Source: the human T2T-CHM13v2.0 reference genome, Homo sapiens. Taken from it: 64,000 nucleotides of DNA. Position numbers and translations under genes: made by a program. Location: assembly GCF_009914755.1 (NCBI RefSeq), contig NC_060926.1; one strand, given 5' to 3'. The notes under the pieces were generated by a model that saw nothing but the letters and a program-made list of their open reading frames with translations, was not told where the DNA came from and ran no database searches. Below, piece by piece: positions 38,113 through 54,664 of this stretch. Position 1 is the stretch's first letter. Every line of letters begins with the position of its first letter.

Positions 38113-38185
38113 TTAGGTTGGTGCAAAAGTAATTGTGGTAAAAGTAATGAGAAAAAAAAAAGCAATTACTTTTGCACCAACCTAA
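38113..38185. mobile_element. MADE1 (Hsmar1-derived MITE) inside a MIR
   Basis: Terminal inverted repeats ttaggttggtgcaaaagtaattg / caattacttttgcaccaacctaa, followed by TA. Confidence 0.92.
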
Positions 38186-38524
38186 TAGCATTACTGTGAT
38201 TTATTATGTACCAGGCCCTGTTAAAGCTTATATTTAATCACCACAACTCTAAAACATAGTACCATTATTATTATTCCCATTTCGTGAATGAGGACATTAG
38301 GCCGCAGAATAATTTTCCCAAGATCCCATGACTTAATAAGAGGTCATGTCAGGATTAAAATCCAGACAATCTGGCTGCAAATTCTGTACTCCCCGTCACA
38401 ACACTGCATTTCCTCCGCATGGAAATTTACTCCTTCAGTCTTAACCCAGTGCCCACTAGAAAAAGTCTGGCATGTTTTAATATAAATACCTCACCTACTA
38501 AATTGCTGCCAGTCCCTCAGATAT

Positions 38525-40255
<1,731 letters not shown>

Positions 40256-41268
40256 TCCCTAGATATCTTAATTCAATCTGATGATAATTCATAAAGACCT
40301 TAACATCAAGATTGGTTTGATCTTAGGAAATGTGTCTTGCAAAGCCTGTCACCCTTGAGCAATCTCTCAGGAAAGGAAAAGAAAGACAGGAAGATTGCGA
40401 TTTCCAAATTCTACCTTGAACGTACGACTGATATGAGATCAATGCAATATTATTAACTGAATGTAACAATAAATAATTTCTTGAGCCTAAAGGAAAAATA
40501 TCTGGTCAAACTGTTTAATTACTGCAACATTATGATGTTATGGAATACATCTAGGGGAGGATTATATCTTCCATCTTTAAATAAAAATCTGCTTTTACTT
40601 ATTTCCTTCATAAGAGATAGTTTCCAAGCCTCTCTAGAAAATTAAATCCATGACTATAATTTATAATAAATATTTGTTTTGATCCTCAATCTTGGCTGTC
40701 AGTCTGATTATTACAATGTTGAGTTTGACAGAATAAAAACAGTAAGGACAAGTGAGAGTCTCAATTATTTAATTGACTTGATGAGTCTTAGAATTTGATA
40801 GGACTTTGCACATAGGTCTTCTGAGAAACCTCCCCCTTCCCCTACAGTAACATGTCATGTAAAAGACAGCATAATAGGAGAGATTCCCAGAGAGAGAAAG
40901 AATCAGGAAAGAATGTTACCTGGAGTGACGTCACTCAATTATTCTCTGAGGTGGAAAGAGAGATGGGCACAGAACATCAGCCATCCTTTCTCTTGGACTG
41001 ATAAAGATAGAACCTGGCAAAGCTTTGAAAATAACACCCACATGAAGATAAGTTAAGGCCATACAGATTCCTTCAAAGTGACTGTGCCATTTTGTAGTCC
41101 TACTAGCAACATACAAAAGTTCCAACTTCTCCACATCTTTGTCAACACTTAAAGATACAACATTTATATAGTCTTTTTTATTATAGCCATGCTAGTGGGT
41201 GTGAAGTGGGATTTCATTGTGCTTTTGATTTGCATTTCTTTTGCACTTTGAAGGCCATACACAATATC

Positions 41269-41570
41269 TTTTTTTCTTTCTTTCTTTTTTTGAGATGGAG
41301 TCTCACTTTTTCACCCAGGCTGGAGTGCAGTGGCACAATCTCGGCTCACTGCAACCTCCGCCTCCTAGGTTCAAGCGATTCTCCTGCCCTAGCCTCCTGA
41401 GTAACTGTGATTACAGGTGCACGCCACCACGCCCAGCTGATTTTGTATTTTTAGGAGAGACGGAGTTTCACCATGTTGGCCAGCTGATCTCAAACGCCTG
41501 ACCTCAAGTGATCCACCCCCTCCGCCTCCCAAAGTGCTGGGATTACAGGCATGAGCCACCGCGCCCAGCC
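41269..41570 (-). mobile_element. AluS
   Basis: Antisense full Alu; degenerate TSD tacacaat(a/t)tct. Confidence 0.95.
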
Positions 41571-44289
41571 TGCAGTACACAATTTCTATAAATTCTTCAT
41601 CTCTCTTGATAGAAGTTCCAATGTTGACTTATCACTAGTAATTGCCAAACAAAAACAATTTGAATTCTTTAAATATTTTGCAAGAGTATGAAATAGCATC
41701 TCTTTTTTTAGATTTCCTTTTTTCCAGTTTTGAAACTAGAACAAATTTAATTTGTAAGTAAAATATAATCTGCTTTGAATAAAAACATTCAAAGATCTCC
41801 CAAGAGGGCATTGGAGTGGAACGTCCACTGGAGTCCATTTATACTGTTTTATTTTAATGTTTCTGATGATGATAATCACGGTGATTAACACAATGAAAAT
41901 ACAGCTATTAAGGTCTAGAATACTGTGTCTAGTAGGACCAAACTGGACAGGATACAGAAGAAACTATGAAGCCTCTTTGGGGAAGGAAGTGGAATATAAT
42001 ATCTGAGGAAGGTTTAAAATAATATTGTTATTCTGAAAAAGTTAATTCACCCAATTCATTCATTGAACATTTATTGCTCACCTTCTAATTACCAGACAAT
42101 TTTAGGGTGCTGAGATAACGCAATAAACAAAGCAGGGTCTGGGCCATCATAAAACTTAAACTCTAATAAGTTTACTTTACAAGATGGAAAGAACTATAAA
42201 CAAGTCGGTCCTATATCTTCACTGAGGGAAAACTAAGTTACGACATTGTTTATGTTACAGTGGAGAAGATTTACACCAGATTTGAAGAATGTTCTAGTGT
42301 AGAGGTTGGTAAATTCCTGAACTTGATTTTTTAAAAATTAAGTTACGTAGAATGAGAGAACACTTTTCTCTTCAAAGGGTTTAGATGACACCACCCTGCG
42401 AGCCAGGCCATATACATCAGTTTTCTTCAGAAAGGCCATAAACCTAATGTGCAAGGAGGGAGGTTGGGAGACAGGGCTTTAAAAGAACTGGCAGGTGGAA
42501 TACAATTAATTGGGCATTTTTGATAGTGCCTATAAACTGCTTTTGAAAAACTGCTTACATTTCACCAACGTATGTCAATGTTGGCATATATTTATTTAGT
42601 CATTTTTCATTTTGTAAGAGCCTAAATGTGTATATTTGAAATAATTATTTGTCCTGCAGGTGACACATTTGATGTTTCATTTCACCAAGTTGTAGGTCCA
42701 TATTTTCATTTTATTTTTGTTTCTCATCTCACATTATCCATGAACAAGCATTTTGCAGAAAATTGCATTTTCCTTTTCTAGGTATAAACAATTTTTAACT
42801 GCAAGTAACTGTAAAACACTATGCCAGGTTTGCATAGGCTTCAAGGAACTCTCTGTCATTTGGTGCCACATCAACAATTGGTGCTGCCTAGTGTTAAAAA
42901 TATCATTTCTGGCGGAAGTTTCAGTGGGGAACTCTACAGTGTTTTACACCTGCTGTGCATTTTGTTTTCGAGCCTGTTTTTCTCTGAAGAATGGGGTAAA
43001 GCCAACAACAGGCTAAAATTTTCCCTAAAGTATTTAAGAAGAACCAAACAGAAGGCTGGAAAATTATAACACTTAATTCACAGTAAGACTATGACAAAGG
43101 AACTAAAAGCAGTCAAGAAACGACTTTACATAGAAAAGGGTTTGGTCACATGTAGAAAAGAAAAAATCATGCAAATAGACTGCCAATCAATTGCTTCTAT
43201 CTAGCTATGACTAGCTCTAGGTTCTGTTTATAAATGAATTTATTCTATCTTTTTAATAAATGTAATGTTCCTTAGGTATTCACACATTCCATGTTTCAAC
43301 CTAAATGCAAATTTACTTTTTCTTTCCTGAATATAGAGAATGACGATTTGTTTCATTTCACATATAGATCTAAAAATATATAAATTACATATTTTCTTTG
43401 CTCTGGTAAGTGGATATAACCAATATTACTATTATATCACTATGGTTACTATATACGATTGAAATAAATTATTAAGAAAAAGGGCAGAGAAAAATGTTTG
43501 ATGGCTTCCCATGATCAATACAGTATGAACCCCCAAGACAGAGAAAGACAGATGTGGAAAGAACAAAGGAAATGAAAAGAAGTGTAGCAAAACAAGATTG
43601 AAGGATGCTAGGGATGAGCTTAATGTTAATGGGGAAACAAGAATGTATTTCCACAGAGAGGAGGAAACACCCACTCTTCTCCCCAGGACTAAAAACAACA
43701 TGGGAGGAACCTGAATGGAGGTTTTTTCAGACCTGTAAATCTGAGCGAAGGAGGACATCTGGGTTTTCCTCTCTCCTTTGGAACTCTTAAACACTTTTCA
43801 GGTGCCCTGTGTGGTCACTTCTAGGGATGGCTCAGCCTGCAGAGGAGCCCTGCAGTGGTCCAGCACACCCATGACTGGGTGCTTAATTCTTATTAATCCT
43901 GGGATCTAAAATTAGCAAGACCCGTTAGTCACATATCTAAAGCCACATTCTCCAACCAACTTTATATTAGTAATAATATCAATCAGTTAATCTGCTGTGA
44001 CTTTTATTTCAATTAGTTTTTAATTTGGATTGGTAAAAGAGGTGTTTATTTACCGGGCCCCTTCAAGATTTACCAGGAGTCTAATTTCATCCCGTTGCCC
44101 TCAGGGACCGCTGCATACTCCTAGAGTCTAGTTCCTCTATAGTGTGGATGATAATGAGACCTCTGTGCAGGTAATGAGGCTCTGTGCAAGCCATCTTAAG
44201 GAGACAGCACCAAAAAGAATACAATTCCAAAGAGATGCTGTGATCCTAAAGTACTATTCTTTACAATAATATTGGTTACTTTTTCTGAA

Positions 44290-44805
44290 TTTTATTTTTA
44301 ACTGACAAATAATAATTGTATATATTTAGGGTAAAATGTGATGTTTTGATATGGATATACATTGTGGAATGATCAAATCAGGCTAATTAATATATCCATT
44401 ACCTCAAATACTTATCATTTCTTTGTGGTGAGAACATTTCAAATGCATTCTTTTAGCAATTTTAAAATATACAATGCATTATTATTAATAATAGCCACAT
44501 GCTGTGTAATAGATCACGAAAACCTATTTCTCTTGTCTCACAAACTTTGTACCCTTAGGCCAAGTGCTCCCTTTTCCCATGTACACCCACCTCCCCAGTC
44601 TCTGGTAACCACCATTGTGCTCTCTACCATGATGAGATCGATGTTCTTAGGTTCCACATATAAGTGAGATCATGTGGCATTCGTCTCTCTGTACCTGTCT
44701 TATTTCACCTAACATAATGTCCTGTAGGCCCATCCATGTTGTTGCCAATGACAGAATTTCCAGTTTTTTTAAAGGCTGAATAGTATTTCATCCTGTATGT
44801 ATGTA

Positions 44806-44875
<70 letters not shown>

Positions 44876-45032
44876 ATTTTTAATCCATTCATCTGTTGAT
44901 GAGCACTTCGGTTGTTACCATATCTCGGCTGTTCTGAATAATGCTGCAATGAACATGGTAGTTCAGACATGTCTATGACATACTGATTTCAGTTCCTTTG
45001 GATATATGGCCAGAAGTGGAATTGCTGGATCC
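44290..45032 (-). mobile_element. L1MA-like 3' fragment
   Basis: ttaactgacaaataataattgtatatattt...catttctttgtggtgagaacatt...ttccacatataagtgagatcatg. Confidence 0.8.
44794..44872. repeat. Compound microsatellite (TATG)n(TG)n(TA)27
   Basis: Uninterrupted TA run at 44818-44872. Confidence 0.95.
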
Positions 45033-47915
45033 CTAGTGGTTATTTTTATAAATAGTATCACAAAGAACAAATAAGTCACAGAATAATAGAATATAAAATA
45101 CTGTTTACTAAGGCATAAACTCTCACAATTTTTTTTCTCTCATGTATATCATGACCCCTCCCCAACCAATTTTCCTCTCTTATTACCTGTTCTTTGCTTT
45201 TCTACAGACAAAAATGCCCTGGAGATTAAGTACTACATACATATAAGATAAAACAGATGGTGCACTGAATAACCCCCATTCCCTGCATCCCTCAGAAAAC
45301 CCAGGACTGAAGTTGCTTTTGACATACTGTATGTTTTTTATAAGGCCAAAGGTGTATTACACATTTTTATAATATGAGTATTGTTGGGAACCTGATATGT
45401 ACTGTGGTTAACGCCATAAAATATTTGAAGATTCTGAGGCAAGGTCCGTGAAAACGGCTGAGCGTTTCAGTGAATCTGCTTGTAATTCAACATGTGTCCT
45501 TCCAGGTTTGTAATACTGTCACCAAGACTCTCCTGCTTGTTTTATTTGCAACTCCCCACTGATAAAAGTAATGAATTCCAAGCGTGTTCACATGAGCCTG
45601 TGAACCAAGACTTAAGTCATAAATATATTCCCTGGTGATATGGAATGGTTACAAAATCGTTATGTTTTGGGATAAAAATGTCTATATACTTCCATTATTA
45701 ATTAGTATTATACAATGTTTATGAAGATTTATAACTGGGTAATCTCTAACTGATTTCTCCCAATTTCTTTTTTTTTTTTTTAAGAGTGTGTCCACACATA
45801 AATATGTATTTACTAGGTAACAATAACATGTAATCCCAAAGGGAGTGGTGATTAGCATTAAGGCATTCTAAAATCCTTCATTGTTTGAAAGGATTATTTG
45901 CTTGTCTAATTATTGACATTAGACTGTGTGAGGTGAAATATGTCCTTCAAAATGTGTCTCAGGTAGCCACTACAAAAACAATAGCGCACATAACTTAAAC
46001 TAATAAAGGAGAACATACCCGAGGAGCAGAGAAAAACTGAAAGTAAAAACTTCAAAATGAATCTTTTTTCTTGAGAGTGGGCATAGTCTGGAAATGATTT
46101 ACAGTTGCAAATGTTCCAGAGGTTGCAAAAGCCCTCCACCCTTGTGACCTTCGAACCCCATTTGCTCACCAAACCCAAGGTTTCTCTCTCTCTCTCTCCT
46201 CCTTCTTCTTTATATCTCACTATGCATACATATATATATACACAGATCTATATACTCAGTTCTTTTTATGGTCTCTACTTATTTTTAGATCAATACTATA
46301 GCTACATTTTAAGTTCTTAAAAGACATTTCTATGATTGAATCTATAAACTAATAAAGAAATTTGACAAGTTAACAAAAAGCTAAGCTGAGTATAACTGAA
46401 TTTTGACCTACCTGGTTGTTTGCACAGGGTGTTAGGATTTTAAATATCTATTTTCAATGGTAAACCAACTCTCAATGAAATTTTTGTAGCTTAAATCACT
46501 ATTTGATCAGAAGTATATATTAATTTTTTCATTGGTGATAATTTAGGGTAGAAAGAGGAAGGAGAAAAAAGGCAGGTCATGGAGACATAGAGAAACTGTC
46601 CGGGATTGGGAATTAGTTTGCAGCAGAAACAGGGAGAAGGAAAGAGCCTTCCCAGCCAGTTTCATCAGCTATTTATCATCACTACCTTCTTCCTTCTTTC
46701 TAACTCTGATTAGATCGTCCTGATTTGACAAATTAATCATCCTAAGGTTAGGATTAGATTCCATGTCTCATTACTATGGCCTCTAGGAAAGACAAGACAG
46801 TCTATACTTGTGAATGATGCAATAAACCATAGCTAATATCTGCCTGTAGCCTCTATTTATGAAGCACAGCTTGATAGGAAGAGAAGACTGGAGCTTTAAA
46901 ATTGAATTAAATGAGCAAAAACAACTCTTTAGACAGACGTTCTATTCTAGAGAAAAAGATCTTTAATGTTTAATTTATAAAACTCTTCAAACTCGTGAAT
47001 ATCCAGCAACAAATTTTATACCTATTTGATTGATTTAAAGTAAATTAATTAGAAAAGCTTTAGACTTAGACTTCCCATTGCAGTATGATTAATTTACCAA
47101 TCTAAATTTAAGATTCTGTAATAAATTATTCACATTATTTCCCCAAAACCCATTAAATATTACGTTGACTTGAAAATTCTCCTAGACTGCCGTTTTGTTT
47201 AACTTGCCATATTTTTGTGTATGGAATGAATGCTCTTTGGTGGATGCATATTATGCAGTTTTTTTCCACGTAGACATAAAATATCAAATAGCTAAACTTA
47301 AGTAAAACCTGATTGCTACCAATTAGAGGTTCTTTAGTGTAATGTTTTGAAAATGTTCTAGAATTTACAACCTCTGAAAAAATAAGCTTTTTGCCAAAGT
47401 CAGTATTGCTGAATTTGCCTAGTCCTAAAGGGATAATGCAGGGGTTATCTCCCTAAAGATTCAGAAAGCAAACAAACAAAAACTTAGATTAATTATACCA
47501 GAAGTTCTGGAGCTCATTCATTTCCTTTTAGTTTTGTTGAGTGGCAACGACATGAAGTGAATGTTAAAATTTATGAAAACAGTCATAGGATTTATCTTTT
47601 TTATGTGAGAGCAATTATGACACTTCAGATATGTTCTGATGTTCAACTTAATCTTTCCAGAAAAAAAGGCTTTTGGAAGAAAATCTAACACTGCTAATAA
47701 TGAAATCAGATGCTTTGACTAGAAGAGTCTTAAAACGACCTATTCCACCAAATGCCTTATGCTCCTTTCCTGCTCAATGGAACACATCACTTGTTATTGG
47801 AATAAAATTATAACTAAATGACTTTAACACTAGGATTTTCTGTAGATCTTTATCCTTAGGATAAGCACATGGACAATTTCAGCCCTGTAACTGACTGCAA
47901 TAAAAAGAACAATTT

Positions 47916-48227
<312 letters not shown>

Positions 48228-48383
48228 CTATTTGGCTTATTTAACGAAGTGTTTGGTCATTACTTTCTCCTTTGAGGCACACAGGAGCAGAGAGTAGCTG
48301 TATAAAACTGAAACCACTCTTTGAGGTTACGAAAAATGAATGTGATGGGACACATACCCTAATGAGTTTTATTTTCCTACAAG

Positions 48384-49416
48384 TGATAGGAAGGAGACAG
48401 GAGACAGACACATTCCTATGTAGTCAAGGACAGGTTCCCAGTGAAACCCAACATTCAAGTTAAAGAGAGCCTGAAGCCAGAAAACCGAGCTGCCAGTTTC
48501 GGGTGGAATACACCACCAGAGTGAGAATTTCCTCCATGCCTTGTAGCCAATGGAATGGTGCTTTTTCCAGGCCTGACCATGGACCAATCAGCATGCACTC
48601 CCCCATTCTGAACCCATAAAAACCGTAGACTCAGCCTCACAGATGGCTACCTGATTTCGGGTTTCCTCTCACACAGAGGGCTACCCACTTCAGGTGCCCT
48701 CTCATGTCAAGAGCTTTTCTGCTGCTCAATAAAATTCTTCTCTGCTTTGCTCACTCCCCGGTGTCCACATACCTCATTCCTCTTGTTTGTGGGACAAGAA
48801 CTTGGAACCGCGGAATGGCAGGTGCAAAAAGAGCTGTAACATGCATTCCTGTTCCCCAAGCTAGGAAGTGGAAAAACCACTGGGCAGCATGCATCCCCGT
48901 TCACCAAGCAGCGGGTGGCAGGAACAAACGAGCTGTAACACACCCCCATCCGCCAAGCTGTGGGCATCAGAGAGAGCTGTATCACACCCCCGTTTGCCTA
49001 GCTGTGGCATAAAGAAGCGAAGCAGTTGGGTGCCATTCCCTCCTGGCTGGCTTGCCAAACTACAAAATCCACATTTCTTGGGGGCTCAGACCTCAGGACT
49101 CCCTGAGTGAGAGGTGTGACACCCACTGGGGCTCTGTGGTTGCTGGCATCCCTGAGTTTTCAGTTGCCACCGCATTCCCCGCATCTAGACTTTTGCACCC
49201 AATGTGAAAGCCACCCATGGCACACCTAGTCCAGCTGAGGGCTGAGGGCAGAGTCCCTGTTTGGATGCGGGATCTGGGCAGGGGCACAAGCTGAGCCCAG
49301 CCTGCGGGCCGAGTGGGTAGAGTGAGCCCCAGGCGCCGAGTGAGGCCCTGAGCAGACGCCACAGCAGCTGCAGAGATTTCTGGCTGGTGAAGTGGCACTG
49401 AAGGAATCCTGTAATA
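48384..49416 (+). mobile_element. ERV1 solo LTR of the LTR27/LTR28/MER52 group (about 1.03 kb)
   Basis: Starts tgatagg, has ggaccaatcagcatgcac (CCAAT), cccataaaaacc, ctcaataaaattcttctc and repeated gagctgtaaca units, and ends aatcctgtaata. Flanks caag/ccag. Confidence 0.75.
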
Positions 49417-50148
49417 CCAGGAAGTGTTCCAACCATAACATAACATGATGTGAGCACCAAGTCAGGGACCTTCAGAGAAAGGAGAGACTGAACTCCATCT
49501 ATCTTGTTTCTTCGGTATGGTACCTTAAATACCATGGATGTTCAATAAGTGTAGATTGTAAGAATGAGTGAATGAGAATTAGTGAGTGAATGAAAAAATA
49601 GAACATGTGCCTTTTTTTTTTTTTTAGTTTAGCAACTTTTGTTCTTTCAGAATATTCTGAGATAAAAAATAATGCTTTTTTAAATTTCACAGCACATTTT
49701 CCTAGTGAGGTCAAATCCAAGGTAAAGGGAAGAAATAAAGCAGCCCTTGGAAGTCACCGTCTGTGCCCTTCATAGCGCTTCAGAGAGGACCCAGAAGGTC
49801 AGAGGGGCTGCTTAGACCCAATCTCCAGCATTAGGAGGTACCCAGAGTCTTGGTGTCCAGCCTTCCCCTAACTCATGCTTCTTCAAAGAGGCATAAGAAG
49901 TGGGCTGGGGCTGAGACTTATTTTTTGAAGTTTTAATCAAAGCCCTGTAGAGAGTTGGCTGAGGATCCTCAGACCCCTAACATTCTCTCCCTGTTTAATC
50001 CATGCTCCCCAACCACCACCACCACACCAAGGGTCCTTCTGCTCTTGGACTGTATGCCCCTTCCATAGAACCCATTCTATTCTTCGCTCCAAGCCAACAC
50101 ACAGCTGTTTCTCAATACTGCTAAATTAAACTAAATTTGGCCAAGGCC

Positions 50149-50205
50149 ACCTCCTTACTTTGTTTCTGCCTCCTTACTTTGTTTCTGCCTCCTTACTTTG
50201 TTTCT
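50149..50205 (+). repeat. 19-bp tandem repeat, 3 copies (cctccttactttgtttctg)
   Basis: Directly visible inside the LTR. Confidence 0.9.
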
Positions 50206-50483
50206 CTGTAGCAAACTGCGGCCTAATAGCACATAAACAAAATGCAGGCTAACACTTGAGTAGCAAGTAGCTGAATCTCAGCAAATTATAGTAGCCAAAC
50301 TTCAGCCAATTACAGGCTGCCAACTAATCAGTCCATGCCCAAATAAGGCAAATGCCAAGCTGTAACCAATCAAGCTGTTTCTGTACATTATTTCCTTTTT
50401 CTGTCTATAAATATTGCCTGCCACGTTGTTCCACATTGCTGGATAGAGCTCTCTGAATCTCCTGGAAATCCTCATCTCCATGA

Positions 50484-50793
<310 letters not shown>

Positions 50794-51508
50794 CAGGATT
50801 TCTTAATGTTGAAGGGCTTCATGGTTCAGTCCTGGTTCTGAATGCTGTCCAATTCATGAATCATTGGTCAAAAAAACTCTGTTAAATTTAATTTGTCTAA
50901 AGATTTTCTTTTAACAACACATGCTCTCTGCTCTGGCCAAGCTGATATATAAGCATGATCTTCGTGAACTCTTCCTCAACCCTGGCAGCCTGCAGTAACT
51001 GCACTTATCACAGCTATGTTACTTAATCATATTAACCCTTAATGTGTATGCATATATTAATTTCTGGTGCTTCAAGGTTGAGGGCCGTACCCTAACTCTT
51101 TATATCCCACTATTCTTTGCAGTGTTTTGTTCTCATAGTAGCTTATTCGTATTTGTAATCAAAATGAGAATATATTCTTTTCCTCTGGAACTGCCTTCTG
51201 TATCTTTTTTATTTAAGGCATGTTAATTCAGAGCAAAGACTTTCTGAAACATTATGTGATAGTTGTAGAACAAGAGGTAGCCTCCTTGTTATGCAGAAGA
51301 GTCAGCTAAGTAATTTCTCCACCCAGAAAATTCACCACTCTCATAGATATGAAGGAGGTCAAGTGTAAATTTTCTCTGTAAAACACAATTACAACAAATC
51401 CAGTTTACATAACCAACATCACATAACCGTCATGTGGTCATGGAGGTGATGATGATGGTGGTGGTGGTGATGGCAGACCATTTGGATACCCTAGAAGATG
51501 ACCCTCAG

Positions 51509-52690
51509 AATCCTCATCTCCATAATTTCTTAATGTTGGAAAGCCTGAGTTCAGTCTTTGATACGCTTCTTTTCTCTATACTCACTCCCTTGGTGACTTC
51601 ATCCAATCTCACAGCTTTATATTCTATCTAAAAACTGTTAATGTCTAGATTTATGTCTCTAGGCCAGATCTTGCCCCTGAACGCTACTCCACATTTCCAC
51701 TGGGATATCTAATAAACATCTTAAATTTAACATGCCCTAAACTGTGCTCCTGATCTTTCACCACCACTTCCACCCCAAAACAAAATAATGAAAAATTTAA
51801 AAACTGGCCCACTAACAATCTTTCCAATCTCAGTTATGGTAGTTCCTTCCTTACAGTTGTTCAGGCTGAAATCCTTGGAGTCATTCTTCCTTTTAACTCC
51901 ACCTTCAAAATATGTAAAATTCTGGCCATCTGGCCATCTCTCCATCTCTCATTACTCCATGTTAGCCCAGTGGCTCAAGTCTAGATTATTGCAGTAGCCT
52001 TCTAACTAGTCTCCCTGCTTCCATTTTCAGCTCCTTACAGACTAATCTCAACACAGAAGTCAAAATGATACTTTTAAAACATAAATTAGATCAATGTGAC
52101 TCCTTCAATGTCCTTTACTTTCACTTAAAGCAAACATCAAAGTCTACAGTGGCCCACAAGACTCTACATGATCTACCTCTTCCCTCTGTTCTCTGACTTC
52201 ACCCCCACTACCCGTCCCCTCATTCATTCCACCTTAGCACATATGTTTCTGGCTGTGTTTTGAACACATTGGGAATGAGAATGCTCCTGAGTCATTGATT
52301 TTTCCCTTGCTGATCCCTTGGTCTGCAGTACTCTTTCTCCAGATGTCCATGTGACTCACCCCTATACCTCTTTAATGTTTTCACTTAAATGTTAACTTCT
52401 CAATGGAACCTACCCTGACTACCCTATTTGAAAAGGTAAACACCCAATCCCTTGGCCCTCTTTATCCCTCCTCTTCCACTAATTTATTTTTCCCCATAAC
52501 TCTCATCACCTTCTACATAATTCGTGTATGTATTTTATTGTCTACTTTCTTCCCCTAGAATGTAAATTCAAATGAAGACAGTGATATATCCATTTTGTTC
52601 TCGTGCCTATGAAAGAGCCAGGCACCTTATAGGCATTCAAAAAATATATGTTGCAAGAATTAATTAATGAATGGCTGAATCATTCATTAA
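51509..52690 (+). mobile_element. L2 (L2a-like) 3' part
   Basis: ctcactcccttggtgacttcatccaatctcacagcttt...tctagattattgcagtagccttctaactagtctccctgctt...aaaatatatgttg..gaattaattaatgaatg. Confidence 0.75.
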
Positions 52691-52731
52691 TTAGGTCATA
52701 ATACAGTCTTAATTAAGTCATAATACAGTCT
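52691..52731 (+). repeat. 22-bp tandem duplication (tta[g/a]gtcataatacagtctt)
   Basis: Directly visible. Confidence 0.85.
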
Positions 52732-54474
52732 TCACTCACTGTAACATAAAGGAACAGCAACATTAGAAGTTACTCAAAACTCCACCAAATATATACCATC
52801 TTGACCTTGGGTAAATCATTGAACTTCTCTGACCCTCGGTGTTCTCATCTGTAAAACAGACATAATAGTCCTTTCTCATTCTATATCAAAAGGCTGTTCT
52901 GAGGGTAAAATAAGATAAATGGTAAGATGAAAATGGTATAAACCTTAGGTAAGTTCTAGCCTTAACAATGTCAAACAAGTAATTTTAATAATAAAATTTC
53001 AGGGATAAGTCAACTCAGTTCCTGAATTTCTTTATTGAACTTATTGTCTGTTTGACTTACTTAGCATTTTATCACATAATAGTCTAAAAAATTTCCATTA
53101 ATTTCATTTATGTTTACTCCTTCAACTTTTCAAGCTTGTCCATTAAAATGAGATTTTTATTATTGCTTTTATTGTCTTATTATAGTAATAGTAAAATTTC
53201 TGAAGGACAAATTTTGTGATATATATTTTTATACTTCTCTTTTATATAGGTTGTCATACACATTTGATTGTTACATTTTTGTCAAGTGAACTTATTGGAT
53301 CCCTAGAAAAGTGAGCCGTGGTGAAAGTGGCTCATAAATACTGGCTTGTAGAACTCAGGTCCAACTGACTTCACAGCAATATATAATTAACATTATAATA
53401 TTACATAATTATGTTATTATAATTATATAATTAACTATAAATGGAAATAGAATATCAAACTGGTTATAATCTTACATATTATTTTATCTTGCCTTGAAGC
53501 AACACTGTGTTCAAACCATCATAAGACTAGTAAAAATATAATGAAAGATCATTATGTTTTTATAGCCCTGGGTAGACCAAGACATACAGTTACATCAAGT
53601 TAATTACATATACCAGACTTATTTGATAATTATCGCACTCTAATTCACCCATAATTTTCAGGAGAAAATGTAGGGTTTTGATCTTTGTAATTATTTTCTG
53701 TCAGTTTTCAGGACAACAGCTTTGCACAACTAATGCTTATCCATAAAAATCATAGAAAAAATTAAATTATCTTTCATTAAACCCAGTCTTAGCAACACTT
53801 CAGAAGCAAGTCTAGGGGAAGCAGCTGCTTCTGTTAGGCCAAACTACCCAGGTTGGGAGTGGTGGCAGGGGTGGGCAGAGACCTGGAGGTGCTGTGGCCA
53901 CAAGAGAGGAAATCACACCTTCTTCTTAGTGATAACATAAAAGCACACATCTAGGAAACGTAGCCTAGGAGCTTCCAAAATCTGAACATCTTCAGAAAAG
54001 AATGTTCCACACCCTCCTTCAGTAATGACTAGGGTCTGTTCCACAATTTAAATAGTCTGCATTTCCCAGAATTATCTGCTTATCTGCAAGACTTCCACGT
54101 GCACCCAAACCTGTGCTCTGTGGGACCCTAGGGACACAACCATCATCCCTGACCTATTTCTTGGTCCCAAGTTCTATTCTCTTCACTATCCCCAGAAATA
54201 AGCACCCAAGCTTTTTTCACTTAAAATGTGGTAAAGAGAATTTTTACAGGGAAGTTGAGAAGAATGATGAGGATAGACAACATGGGAGGTAACAGAGTTG
54301 GCAAACTGCTCAAAGTCACACTCCCAGGGGTGAGCTTCTGACTCCTTTTGGAAGAAGCAGATGCCTGCTAGGACTTTAGACCTCCGTTTTTCTTTCTTTT
54401 TTTTTTGTCTGAGGCTGGGACTCACTAAATTGGTTCCATTTCCCTTCCCCATCGTTAGAGAAGGCTACCAGCTC

Positions 54475-54664
54475 CGTGTGTGACCTGAGCAAGTGTCTTA
54501 CCCTTTCTCAGTCTCAGTTTTCTTCCCTATAAAATGACAGTGATAAAGCTACTAGACCCCACGAGGTTGTTGTGAAGATTAAATGTGTTAATACATGTAA
54601 ACGCCTAGAACAGTGCCTGGCACATAGTAAAGCCCGGTAAGTGTTAGCTATTATTATTATTATT
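54475..54664 (+). mobile_element. MIR
   Basis: tgtgacctgagcaagt...ctcagttttcttccctataaaatg...gttgttgtgaagattaaatg...tagaacagtgcctggcacatagtaa. Weaker MIRs lie near 16210-16385, 18030-18205, 25900-26080, 38200-38410 and 52795-52920. Confidence 0.85.

Noticed and set aside
50149-50205. Short direct repeats resembling a CRISPR array (also 57355-57530 and 48830-48985)
   Set aside because: Head-to-tail tandem duplications or normal internal repeats of LTRs in a primate genome; no unique spacers and no cas genes.
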